64,000 bases of DNA from Gordius albopunctatus (taxonomy: Eukaryota), in NCBI GenBank assembly GCA_964276515.1, contig OZ193910.1:5642001-5706000 (forward strand), written 5' to 3'. The first letter of the stretch is position 1; each line of letters opens with the position of its first letter. Below the pieces are notes generated by a model. It was not told where the DNA came from, ran no database searches, and worked only from the letters and a program-made list of their open reading frames with translations. Below are positions 52,419 through 64,000 of the stretch, in pieces. The position numbers and the translations under genes are program-made.

Positions 52419-52680
52419 CCTTGGAAATTAATTATTTTTTTACCAATAAACGAATTATTAAGGATTGAGAAAGATGAATTTGTCGGTAAGTTATTCATTT
52501 TTTACAGTAAATATTAACAACTTTCTAATATTTGTTTTTTTATACCAGATGTTAAAGGAATTATTATGGCAGTAGATAGCCCTACGAAGATTTTTAATAG
52601 AAATCTTAATCGAGAACTAATCAAAAGAGATATAACAATAATGGACAAAACGTCCACATCTATAAAGATCAGTCTTTGGG
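52419..52680 (+). pseudogene. RPA1: RPA70 (replication protein A large subunit)-like fragment, OB-fold DBD-B; two exons (52419-52485, 52549-52680) with an intact 63-nt GT-AG intron
   Basis: Spliced PWKLIIFLPINELLRIEKDEFV|DVKGIIMAVDSPTKIFNRNLNRELIKRDITIMDKTSTSIKISLWG resembles human RPA1 [67 protein letters not shown] (recalled, not searched). Donor GTAAGT, acceptor TTTATACCAG. Flanked by in-frame stops. Confidence 0.75.
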
Positions 52681-53705
52681 GTATAATTAATGTTAGCGTT
52701 TGATTAGATTCCTTAGATTCCTAAAATTATGCAGGGTAATAACCCAGGGCGTTTAAATGTACTAAGCGAGTTAATTATTTGTTCTATAAATAGCGCAGTT
52801 ACTAAGTTACATTGCAATTATAAATTAATGCTAGATTCGTAACGAAAATACTAATAAAAATGTTTGAAAAATTTCCTAAGTTTAGATAGTTCTTTTTTTG
52901 GACATTTGTTTATTTCATCTATGACGCCTAACCTATTTTTATATTTCCTTGTGTCATGATTATAATTACGATAAAATAAATAAAAATTTGTATTTAGTTC
53001 TTCTATTTATATAACATTAAGATTTAAGATACCGAATAATTAATATTTTAAAACCATCTCTTTATTATAAAAGAGTGCTTAAAAATCTTAATTTTTGTAG
53101 AAAAACACTAACACCTTTATGAATCCTTAATTTTTTGCAGTATTTTTGTCATCATATTAGTATTTATTTTTTTTCAAATCACATTAATTTTTGTAAACCC
53201 CTATATCATTTATGATAAAATTCCAAATCTAATTTTTAAATTCTGATAATTGCCCATTGCGCAGAAAAATAGTTGAAAAATTAGGTTTATTTTTAATCCA
53301 ATATTATATATTTACCATATATTCTTTAGAAATTTGCAATTTGACAATAAACAAACATAATAATATGTTCTGGTGATAAATATTTTTAGGGGAAATGAAA
53401 TTTTTCGAATTTTTCATTTATTTAAAGGGTAAAACTAATTTGACGGGTTTTATTTAAATTATTTCGATAGAGAATTATTTAAGAACAAAATGCACCAAAT
53501 TTGAGTGAATAACGCATTTATTGGCAATAATGGTAAAATCCATAAAACGCTCGCGAACGTGATTTCGTCCCTTAAAACCTCCATAATAGAAAAAGTATTG
53601 GCCCAAAATAGATAAACTTTTCAGAAATTATTCTAATAAATGAGGCCTACACCCTCGCCAAAAATTATCCTGATCTAAGATGGTGATGCAAAAATCGTCT
53701 CTTTT

Positions 53706-54223
53706 AATTGGTATGCAATTTTTGGGCTCGCTTCCGTTCGTCCTCCAATGTTCTGACTTGCTGGTTTTTGAATTGGTATATTAGGTTAACATTGATAATT
53801 ACCCTGTGCCCTCCCCTACAAGGGCCTATTCCTCTCCTGATATGGGTCCCTGTGCCCCTATCGAATCCCGGCGAGGGTAAAATTTTTTTTAAATTAAATT
53901 AATATATTGTTCTTGTTAATACCCTTGATAATACGACTTTTTAACCGTGTCCTGACTACTGACTAATGGGAAAAATGACCATTGGCCAAATTGTGATTCG
54001 AAATTTTAATTTTTTTTTTCGCTTTGGAATTAGTTAGCATTGATATTTACTATGCCCGTCAGTCCAATTATTTTGCATTTAATACCCCCTATAGGCAATC
54101 TCACCCCTTCCCACTTTTCTCGCCCATAAATTGCATAGCAAATATGCTACTTTTATACAGAGTATAGAAGAGTTCCTTCTTCCCTTCCCCCCTCCCTCTT
54201 CCCACGAGGGCCAAAGGCCCGAG
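53706..54223 (+). mobile_element. Complete short DINE-1/HINE-like element (~520 bp)
   Basis: 5' AATTGGTATGCAATTTTTGGG, 3' subterminal inverted copy CCCATAAATTGCATAGCAA, terminal hairpin GGGCCAAAGGCCC; T runs on both sides and no TSD. Confidence 0.8.
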
Positions 54224-54747
54224 TTTTTTTATTTTATTTATCAATTAAAATTGTGTGACCTATGATTGGTTTTGGGAGCGATGATATAATATTTTAAAAT
54301 AACTATGGGCAAATTTTTTTGTATTAATTTAGATTTCATTTGTCCGTTCCAAGTTTATGCAAATGCTGTACCTGTCTATTGGTTTTTAAGCTTTATATTT
54401 TTAAATCTTTTTATTATATAAAATATCGTGCTTGATCTTAACTCTTAATTATATTTAAAATTTTATTAATATGGCCGGGCAGCTCTAATGGTTCGGGCAT
54501 GGCCAAGCGGACACTTAGAAGGGTTCAGCAGAAAAATTTAAACAAATCTGACCTATGTTTGGGATCTCTAAAATTAGGGACTAACAACCAAATTTAATAT
54601 TTCGGGCAGAGCAATTCGGGCAGCTTTAAAAGTTCGGGCGGGCCCCGGCGGACACTTAGATGGGTTCGGGCCCCGAGCGGGCAATGAAGTTAAAAAATTG
54701 AATCGGGCCGGGTTCGGGCAGAAAATTCCAAACATATCTGACCTCTG
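54224..54747. mobile_element. Right arm of TIR element (family of 31636-32484)
   Basis: Reverse complement of ~31636-32005 with a short internal duplication; ends CATATCTGACCTCTG. Confidence 0.85.
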
Positions 54748-54794
54748 CTACCTACATTAGGAAAAATTCTAACAACGGGACATGTACAGAGTAG

Positions 54795-55340
54795 TGTTGT
54801 AGTGCCAAAAATGCCCTTTTTAAGCCTTTTTGGGGCTATATTGCCACGGCATTTTTAATATATAGTGAAAAATAGTAATATATTTATGTAGATTAAAGTT
54901 TCATCTATAGGTCCATTAATTTTTTTTTGTTACACCTCTACGTTTAAATTTATTGACGTTTTTGTTAACCCCTTCCCCTTATCAAAATTCGTCCCACTAT
55001 GTCTGGAAAAAGGAGTACATTACAAACACATCTCTCTCTCTCTTTCTCCATCTCTTCTCTTCCACTCCCACCCCTATATCTATCCAAGCACACATGAAGG
55101 GGTCGGGAGTGGAGGAGAAAGAGACGAGAGTAGGTGAAGGGAGAGAGATATGTGTTAGTAAACATCGTGTACGCAATTTGAACTTTAATGTACTCCGTTT
55201 ACCAGACATCGTGAGATGAATCTTGATAAGGAGAAGGGGTTTACGCAAACGCGTATAAATTTGAATATAAGAGTGATATAAAAAAATGGACGTATAGATG
55301 AAACTTTAATCTAAATGAATATATTACTATTTTTCACTAA
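54795..55340. mobile_element. Partial second copy of the palindromic MITE at 33034-33900
   Basis: Collinear with 33172-33730 (CCCCTTATCAAAATTCGTCCCACTATGTCTGG etc.). Confidence 0.85.
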
Positions 55341-55760
55341 CAAGCAGTGTTAAAAACAGATAAAACTATGGGTCGAGCAAAAGAGACGGAAATATACAAA
55401 GTGCGACGACCAAAAAACAGCAAGACTTTATCGTTTTCGTAAAGCTAGCCTATGAATTTATGTTAGGAAAAATACAAGCTTATACCCTGATTACCTTAAA
55501 TCTTTCTAATTTAATTAGAATCCGAGCCTAAAAAATCGTTTTATTGATATTTTAATAATATGTGTTGCTCTCATATCTACTGTATATCCACGTTGCTCTT
55601 TTATGTCGTAATTTTTCTTATGATTTAAATTCAAAATTATTGAAGTCCCCTTTCTTCCTTTTAATCAAATAACTTTATTTATCTATATTTGTGCACGCCT
55701 TAGTTAATGAATATAAGGCAAAAACTAACGATTTATTTATAACAGAATCGCTAATTCATA

Positions 55761-58700
55761 TTAACGAATTTTAATGCTCCGTTTAAGGCCGACCTTGATG
55801 CCCGTCGTTTCACCACCATATTTATTGATTTCTTTTCTTGGTATCCTCACTTGACTCTTGCGTTTAATTAGGGCTTTCTTGAAGCGCAGCTTGTGCTTGA
55901 CGCGAGGATTGCGATATTCCTTCTTGCGTTTGGGCGTCAAGCCTTTGTTTTTGGCTATTTCGTAATTAATAGCACGCTTGCCATTTTCTGGTTCAATGTT
56001 TTCGACAAACTCGACGCCTTTCTTACGTATATTTTTACGAGCATTGTGACTACCGTGTTCTATAACCTTATGTCCTGGACCGGCTGGAGTTTCAATTTGT
56101 TTAATAATGCGTTGATCTTCTAGGGAAGTTTGGGGAGCCTTGAGTGAATCAGTTAGCGTTTTGTCAAAGGCGGCATCGCTCCTCGTTCCCTTGCATTCGG
56201 ACGGATGGTAACCTAACACGGCAGCTTTTTTTGCGGTGGTTGTGGCCTGGTATTTCTCACAATCCAAAGTTATTTTAGATAGCGAGTTCGCGAGAGTCAG
56301 TAAAGCTTCCTTATGAAGTCTTAGAACTTTTAATTCGATGGTATCTAATAACTTTGAGTAAGCTTTAAGCCTCAAAACAACAGGATGCGAGTATATGTTT
56401 GTAGTCTGTACTAGGAGACTCCTCGACTTTAGGTACATATAGTATGAAAGGTTGACTAGGTACAGTGAAATGAGATGGCGTCTCATAGACAATACCCTAA
56501 TAAAAGAAGGATTTAAGGCTTTAATCATAGCAAAAAGTTTCTGGCGTTTAGGGGAATAATTTTGGGTAATCGCCTCTTTATCATCGCTTCGATCCAAATG
56601 AACGGTTAAATATGCGTTCAGGAGTGGATTTAGAAAAGATTCTAATTCAGCCATATACTTTCCCGATTCGAGGGCCCAAGATAAAAGCTCTGGTGACTCT
56701 TTGCTCAACAATCGCTTTTTTTGCTTAGTTGTTAGTGCCATTAAATCACGAGGCAAATGTGTAGCTTTATCTTCACCAATCGAGTCTGCCATTTTACCAG
56801 TTGTAACTTTTGTGGTAGCATATTTTTCCGACATTTCCTAAATAAATTTAATTGTTTTAATATTTAAACTTGATATATGCGTTATAAAATTCACAGATAT
56901 AAGTACCTCCTACCTTAAAATAATTAAGCCCAAAATCCTCATCCTTCAACTCTTGCATCATTTGCTGTTGTAAGATCAAGGCTTCTTCTTCTTCCATCTT
57001 CAATAACTAACAAAATATTTAAAAATAAATTTATATAGCTATCATAAAAGATTGATTCTAAATATTTATAAATAGCAAAGGGTCATTGATTTTAATCCTG
57101 TCGGACACAACTATAAATAGACTGCTGTAAGAACCAATGATCCCTCAATTAAAAAATTTATGGGGGAGAGGGGGGCGTTGGAAGCAAAGGGGCAATGAAA
57201 TTCTTCACTTTTTATATTAAATGTAAAAAAGTTTTAAATATAAATGTCTACATCTCTAACAAGTACTAATTAAACATTATATCAGATTTGCTCTTAAAAT
57301 TGTATTACATGAAATCGAAATTTTTACATTTTAAAGTAGTATTATTATGTATGTTGCAAATAATCATTTTGAAAAATATTACTCTTAAAGTAATTTATAT
57401 CAAGATGTAATGTTTATTATTGAATAAAATAACTAAATAATGCATATTTTTATTTATTTAAAATTTTTATTTATAATAATTATTTGACTGGATTAATTTT
57501 AATTAATAATTTTGAAGGCAACAGTAGGACTTTTTAGTTCATCACCCTTGTCTATACTGTGCTGAATAAAATACAACTCTTCACAAATTGATTCAGGTAA
57601 CTGAGGTAATAAGTGTTTTATTTAATTTGTTTGAGTGTCAGATGTCTAATTTAAAAAATCATTGTAAATAATTTGTTTAAAACCATTAAAAATTTTAAAA
57701 CCTCAATGGGAAATTGTAAATGTTTGGCAGTAAAAGTTTTTAAATGTTATGTAATTTTTTTGATTCCATGCCTAATTTTATGGAACTTTTAACGTTTGAA
57801 ATTTTTAGATTAAAGTTTAGATGAAAATCTTATAATTGTTTTAATGCAAACTTTAATAGCAAGTGCATATTAAATTACACATGTAGTTAATTGGGTGGCA
57901 TCTTATTCCAACAATTATTTTACTAAAGTATAAATTTGCATATAATATACTTTAATGATGTATGTATATAATCACAAAATCAAGTTTATTAGAAAAATTA
58001 ACAATAACTAGTTGTTGATATAATCATTAAGTGAGGCAAAAAATGTTCCAAACAATTTTTTGAACCTTAAGATAAATGAAAGTAGACATAAAGACTTTTA
58101 GGTGTAAATAGTTAAATGCAAACAGTAGATGATAGCCTAAAGTTTGTGTAAGCAAGATAGATAAAAATCTGAGTAAGATTAATGTTAAATGGCATGCATT
58201 TACTATATTATATCAGGGGTATTTCTCTTATATAGGATAAAAATTATATTACTCAAACTTTACAGTTAATTAAAAATAAATATTTATATACTAAATAAAA
58301 TTTTAAAATAAATGTGTTTACTAACATGGGCATATTTAGATTTTGGATTGGGGGGGGGGGGCAAAACCTTAATTTTTTTAATTTTTAAGGGTTTTTGCAT
58401 TTGGAAAAAAAAAATTTCCATCATTTAGGGGGCCACCCCGCCCTCCTGGCTACGCCCATGTTTACTAATATATGTAAAAAGAAGCTCTTAAACAAGAAAA
58501 AATGTATATTAACCTCCTTTTTCTCAAGTTCTCTCTGCTGCTTAGATTTTCGTTCTCCTTTAGTGTTTTTTGATAAATGAATTGAATCAGAATTATAATA
58601 GGATGATTTTTTAGTGCCCCAAAAACTTCTTGAGACCTCATCCTCATCTTCTTCCAAATTTGATTCATCATCAAAAACCTCTCCACCTTTTGGATTACCA

Positions 58701-59042
58701 TTACCATCACTTTCACTACCTATTATTAATAATAACTCGTAGATAGCACAATTATATAAAAGCTAAAACGCTTCTCTAGCAAATAATATATAGATTATTT
58801 TATAAATGCATAATAAAAAGCAATACCAGATCCTAATTCTTCATCTGAGGTTTCAATGCCAAACACAGGTTCAACGTCACTTTCGCTTTTATCAGACATA
58901 TCAATATCATCCTAAAATAGGTTATTCAAATTTTTATAAATCTTTATATCACTTGTAAATGATGTTTGTCTATATCATCAAATAGATCAATATTATCTTC
59001 GTTGAAGTCGTCGTTAATGGTTTTTTTTCTAGGTTTAGGCAT
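55761..59042 (-). CDS. UTP3: UTP3/SAS10 small-subunit processome component (~516 aa). Exons 59042-58953, 58911-58827, 58719-58514, 57006-56914, 56837-55761
   Basis: WGTKKSSYYNSD, EEEEALILQQ..DEDFG, KESPEL, YLVNLSYYMYLKS..HPVVLRL and the Sas10 C-terminal KRAINYEIAKNKGLTPKRKKEYRNPRVKHKLRFKKALIKRKSQV..YGGETTGIK. GT-AG introns, continuous frame. Confidence 0.95.
58325..58460. mobile_element. Short hAT-type MITE in a UTP3 intron with perfect 8-bp TSD
   Basis: TSD TTTACTAA at 58317-58324 and 58461-58468; ends CATGGGGCATA / CTGGCTACGCCCATG. Confidence 0.85.
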
Positions 59043-59820
59043 ATTAACAGTTGGGTTCAAAATATAGCGCTTAAAAATGCACAGCAATTAGACACATTAC
59101 ATATTTTAAAAATGTCCATAATCAACACAAGATTATATCACTATATAAATAAAATTGTAAAACCTTTAGCAAAAATTTAATTCTTATTTTATAATGCCTG
59201 GAAATCGGCTTATGTGCGTGTTATTGGAAAAGGGCTTAGATATGATTTAGACGACACTTAACTTATAGAACTCGACATAAACAACACATTAAAGTATCAC
59301 ACCACTCACATGGCATCAAAAGATTTAATCCCCATTATGGTAATTTTTAAAATCTCTGAGGCAGAAGTAGGATTTCAATCGGACAAAAAATTATAATGTA
59401 TTTTATGAAAGACAAAATCATTATTTTTAAAATTTTAAACTTTTTTTATTAAATAAAACTTTTGAAGATAAAGGCATATTCTTCTATAAAAATCAAATAA
59501 TCATTAAATTTCCGGAAGTTAATGTGCAAAAATGGCAAATATATTAATTAAATTTAAATCTTAAAAATTTTACCTGAGGAACTTATACGTTAGCTTTTGC
59601 TTTAAGTTTGTAATGAAACTGTATTCCAATACTTTTCTAAATACTTTATGCTATGCTGTGCTATAAGTAATAGCAATACATTACTCTAACTATCCCATCG
59701 CAACTAACATAACAGACTCAGGAGAAGATAGACTTAAGTTGATTTAAATACAACCACGCACAGTCACACCACATCGCGCACAAAGCAAAAACTTTACAAA
59801 ATAGCGGTAATCCTAATATA

Positions 59821-60160
59821 TCTTATATGTATATAAAAATGAAACTATGTGTGTGTGTGTATATATGCCGCCACCAATTTTGGAAAACTACCAGACCGAT
59901 TTGGCTCAAAATTTCACAGTTTATTTCTGACACTCCTGAGCATGATGTAAGATTTGTTCGAGCCAAATCGGTCCAGTAGTTTTCGAGTATTCGTACGCGG
60001 TGCAGTGTATACGGAAATAGAACGATAGAAGTAGAAAATATAGACATCAAACTTTATTTTTACCTCAATAACCGCTTTATCATCATATATGCACTAAAAT
60101 TCTAACATAATTTAATACACCCGGGTAAATGGCAAAACAACGTTTGCCGGGTTCATCTAG
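59821..60160 (+). mobile_element. Short non-autonomous Helitron (~340 bp)
   Basis: A|TC 5' end (alternative start 59811), (TG)n microsatellite, 3' hairpin GGCAAAACAACGTTTGCC, CTAG|T terminus, no TSD. Confidence 0.85.
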
Positions 60161-60599
60161 TACAGTATATTGAGTGATAAGTCCACAAATGTCTATTTTT
60201 CCTTAAAAATTCCATAATTAATATAAATTAAATTTTTAATCGTTAATTTATTTTATATTTAATATGGATAAATCTAAAAATTTCTATTTTATATTGTATA
60301 TGTAAAAAATAAATAACATAGTGTAAAAAGACATTAACCCTAAATCACCTTACCTAGCCTACAGATTTAGGGTATAAATGCTCTATAAGATATAAATTAA
60401 TTTTACCCTCAAACCTAAGCTTTAGGCTATTTTAAAAATTTTGACCTCAAGGTTTGAGGTTGATAATGACCTTAAGGGTTGAGGTTAATATTGACCTCAA
60501 ACCTCGATACAGAGGTTAGAGTTTTTAAAATACCTCAAAGCTAACCTATTAGAGTAGATTGATAAAACCTGAGGATTTTCCATCACTAATTGTAAGTCG

Positions 60600-61010
60600 G
60601 TAACTAAGGATATAAAGGAAACAGCAATTCGCGTTCTGGGACGAATGAAAGGAGGCAAAGATATGAATAGGTAACTATGGTGGTTGGATCAATCGGTTAG
60701 AGATTCCATGGAAAGAAAAAAAATCTATAAAGACGGTGGGATACATCAAAAAAGTCGGAGAATCATTAAGAGTAGAGGGAGGCAAGGAGTGCAGCGAAAA
60801 ATATCGTTGCAATAGCGAAGAATGCCACGTACACCGAGATGGCATACAAACTAGACCATAAAGGGAGCGATAGGTTTATGTACAAATTCGCCAAGGGATA
60901 TGAAAAGTCGCGATGTCGGAGTCCTTAAAATAGTGAAAATCCAGAAGGGTCAAACCTTATTTAAGTAGAAGGAAGTGGTGGGAAGGATATTTCAAGGAAC
61001 TTATGAATAA
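60600..61010 (+). mobile_element. Older internal fragment of RTE family A
   Basis: Diverged match to 48880-49300. Confidence 0.85.
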
Positions 61011-63546
61011 TCTTATTCTTCATTATCAGTTATTTGGTCTCACATTAGTGGGGTTTGTTTTAATAAGTTTCTTCCATCTTGAACGGGTGAGTGCCATGTC
61101 TTGACTGATCTCTTTAGTTTCCATAACTTTATCGACTTGCGCTTTCCACGTGACAGGGGGTCGTCATCTTCCTCTCTTCCTCTCTTCCCCGGTACCTCCA
61201 TGTTCCCTACTTTTCGATTCACGTCATACGTGTCCCTTCTTAGTATATGCCCATACCACCTTAGTCGATTTTCGTTAAACATGTCCGCCATAGGTTGAAT
61301 ACCCATTTTTGTCATGAGAAAGTCATTCTTCATAAGGTCGAGCTTAGTATACCCCAAGCTCCACCGTATCATTCTCATCTCTGTGGCTTGTAATAGCTTT
61401 AATTCCGTGGTGTTTAATGCCAATGTTTCACTTCCATAGAGTAACACCGGTCTTACGATGGATTCGTAACCTTTGCTCTTCAGCCATATTGGCATTTTCT
61501 TGTCGCACATTACACCGGATATATTTCGCCATTGAAGACATCCTTTTTGGATCCGGGCATTGATTTCAGTTGCGCAACCTCCCTCTTGATGTAGCATCGA
61601 GCCGAGGTATGTGAACCTGTCTACTTTTGGGTACTTTAGATGGTCATCCAGCGATGGGGTGCCTGTACCGTTTATTTCCATATTTACCGTTTTTCGATCG
61701 TTGACCTTTAAACCATATCCAGCTAAGCGCTTTGACCACTTTTCGGCTATCGAATTCTTTCTCCCTTGTTTCCTCGCATAGTACTATATCATCGGCATAT
61801 AGCATACACCATGGCGATGGCTTTTGAAAGTCCCTCGTTATCGTGTCTATAATTATATTAAATAAAAAGATACTTAAAGCAGACCCTTGATGTAATCCAA
61901 TATTAACCCGAAAAGGTTTAGAGTCTCCAACTGTCGTCCTAACGCAAGAGTTTGAGGCTTCATAGATATTTTTCATAAGCCGTATATATGCGTCAGGGAT
62001 ATTTTGTTTCCTCAGGCACCACCATATTAAATCGCGGGGGACCGTGTCATAAGCTTTCTCCAAGTCAATAAAAACCATATGTAGGTCTTTCCTCTTTTCA
62101 CCATACTTATCCATCATTTGTCTTAGGGCGAAGATTGGGTCGATTGTGGATTTGCCGGCCACGAATCCGAATTGATTAGCCGATATTTCCACCTCGTCTT
62201 TCAGCTTTGTTACTATGACCCTTTTCATAAGCTTCAAGTAGTGGCAAGTTAGCTTGATACCTCTGTAATTGCGGCAGTCCTGAGGGTCTCTTTTGCCTTT
62301 AAATAAGGGTATACTCGTGCTTGCTCTCCATTTATTAGGGATACGATCTTCTACCAATATCTTGTTAAGGAGGTTCGTCATGGTGGTGACTCCTTCTTCA
62401 CGACATACGAGCAATGCTTTCATGGGTATTCCATCTGGACCATTTGCTTTTCCTTTTTGCATCTTGTTCATTTCTCTCCTAACCTCATTCTCCTGAAAGA
62501 GTTCGACCATACTTATATTTGGCTCAATTTCGGGAAGGGGATTCTTGTCATTTGCAATATTCATAAGTTTCTTAAAATATCCTTTTCATCACTTCTTTCG
62601 GCTTGAATAAGGTTTGACCCTTCTCGCTTTTGACTATTTTAAGAACTCCGACATCGCGACTTTTCTTCTCCCTTATCTCGGCCAATTTTTACATAAGCCT
62701 ATCGCCCCCTTTATGATCGAGTTTGTTTGCCATCTCGGTGTACGCGGCATTCTTCGCTTTTGCAACGGCCTATTTTGCGACCCTCTTTGCGTACCTGTAC
62801 TCTTGATAATCCTCCGCCTTTTTTGATTTGTCACCGTCTATATAGATTTTTCTTTCTTACGATGAAATCTTTAACCGATTGATCCCACCACCATAGTTCC
62901 CTATTCATAGCTTTACCTCCTTTGGTCTGCCTAGAACACGAATCGCTGTTTTCTTAATGTCCTTAGATAGCGTCTCCCAGTCTTCGTCTACGTCCCTTTG
63001 CAACTTACTTGCCCGCAAGAGTGATGAGACTTTTTGTTGGTATTCTTTGTTCGTCGACGTATCCTTTAGCCTTTCGTATCGAATTCGTGGTCCATAGACC
63101 TTTCTTCTTTAGGGAAATACTCTTCTGTCAAGATCCATAACAAGGGGACGATGTTGCCTGGCGATTTCTTCTCCCTGTATTACTTTGCAATCCTTGATAC
63201 TCCATAAGTCCTTTCGCCGTATAAACAAATAGTCGATTTGACTAAAATGCTTCCCACTTCTATAGGTCACAATATGATCTTCGCGCTTTTGAAAATAGGT
63301 GTTAACGATCGCCATGTCATATGCTTGGGATAATTGGAGAAGTTTTTCACCTTCTTTGTTCTTCAGACCATGCCCATAGCCTCCATAATTGCGTTCATAT
63401 CCGAGGCGATCTTTCCCAACGTGAGCGTTGAAATCTTCCCCAATAATTAGCCTTTCTTCCTGTCCTATTCCTTGTATTTCCTTTTCCAATGAATCGAAGA
63501 ATATGTCTTTCTCTGATTCCAAACATCCAATTTGGGAAGCATATGC
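61011..63546 (-). mobile_element. RTE family A copy, frameshifted; 5' side interrupted by a hAT-like element at 63547
   Basis: ORFs 63109-63522, 61644-62564 and 61040-61681 are nearly identical to the 48262-50583 protein; tail GAAGAATAAGA. Confidence 0.95.
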
Positions 63547-64000
63547 TAGTGTTGCGATCTCGTCTCGGTCTCGAAAGCAAAATCTCGTCTCGGTCTAGAA
63601 CAATCTCGTCTCGACGAGAATTCTCGTCTCGTTTCGACTTTTAAAAATTATATCAAATATTTTTTTCTGACTCTTATAAATTATTATATAAGATATAAAT
63701 GGGTCAGAATGGAACCAAATATTTATCTCAAACCCCAAAACACAAGATAGATGGGTATCTTAAGGTAGGAAGCATTATTAGAGGTGTTATATACTACTTG
63801 CCTCGAAGGTATAAAGTTGCTAAACAATAACTTTTATTTCCTGGCTAAGCCTCAATAAAAGGATAAAGTTCATAATATCATCATATTTTAACATAATGAA
63901 TTTATTTAGATCTTACTTAATAACGATAAAATAGTGACAAAAATTAGAGAGTAAACTTTTGAAGATATCATTATTTATAACAAGTAATTATCTGGACAAT
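63547..64000. mobile_element. Left terminus of a hAT-like element with (TCTCG/GTCTC) subterminal repeats, running beyond the window
   Basis: RTE similarity stops abruptly at TAGTGTTGCG, followed by repeated ATCTCGTCTCG. Confidence 0.6.

Noticed and set aside
47005..54755. TSD for the split TIR element
   Set aside because: Flanks CCTTAGAG and CTACCTAC do not match, so the superfamily assignment remains tentative.
54953..55248. Three overlapping short ORFs
   Set aside because: They lie within the palindromic MITE copy; non-coding repeat.

Overview
AT-rich, intron-containing animal (invertebrate-type) genomic DNA. It holds four host genes: the 3' part of a bestrophin (+, 2-2677), a complete ~25 kb ATG2 (-, 28765-3827), SNX5/6 (-, 38899-35800, 14 coding exons) and UTP3/SAS10 (-, 59042-55761, 5 coding exons). 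The rest is a layered transposon landscape: a CRE-clade non-LTR retrotransposon in an ATG2 intron, three large RTE-clade LINE copies plus fragments, a defective mariner, a decayed Helitron Rep/Hel split by an RTE, a short non-autonomous Helitron, DINE-1/HINE-like (Helentron-type) elements and several MITE families. The most notable observations are: (1) a perfect ~106-bp target-site duplication around the CRE element; (2) a ~6.7 kb composite insert bounded by a HINE 5' end and a HINE 3' hairpin, which splits a MITE and carries an intron-containing RPA70-like gene fragment; (3) 34-41 nt introns clustered at gene 5' ends, in regions that also look CpG-depleted; (4) a nucleotide-level conserved hairpin inside the coding start of two divergent RTE families. 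All calls come from reading and translating the sequence by eye; no database searches were run.
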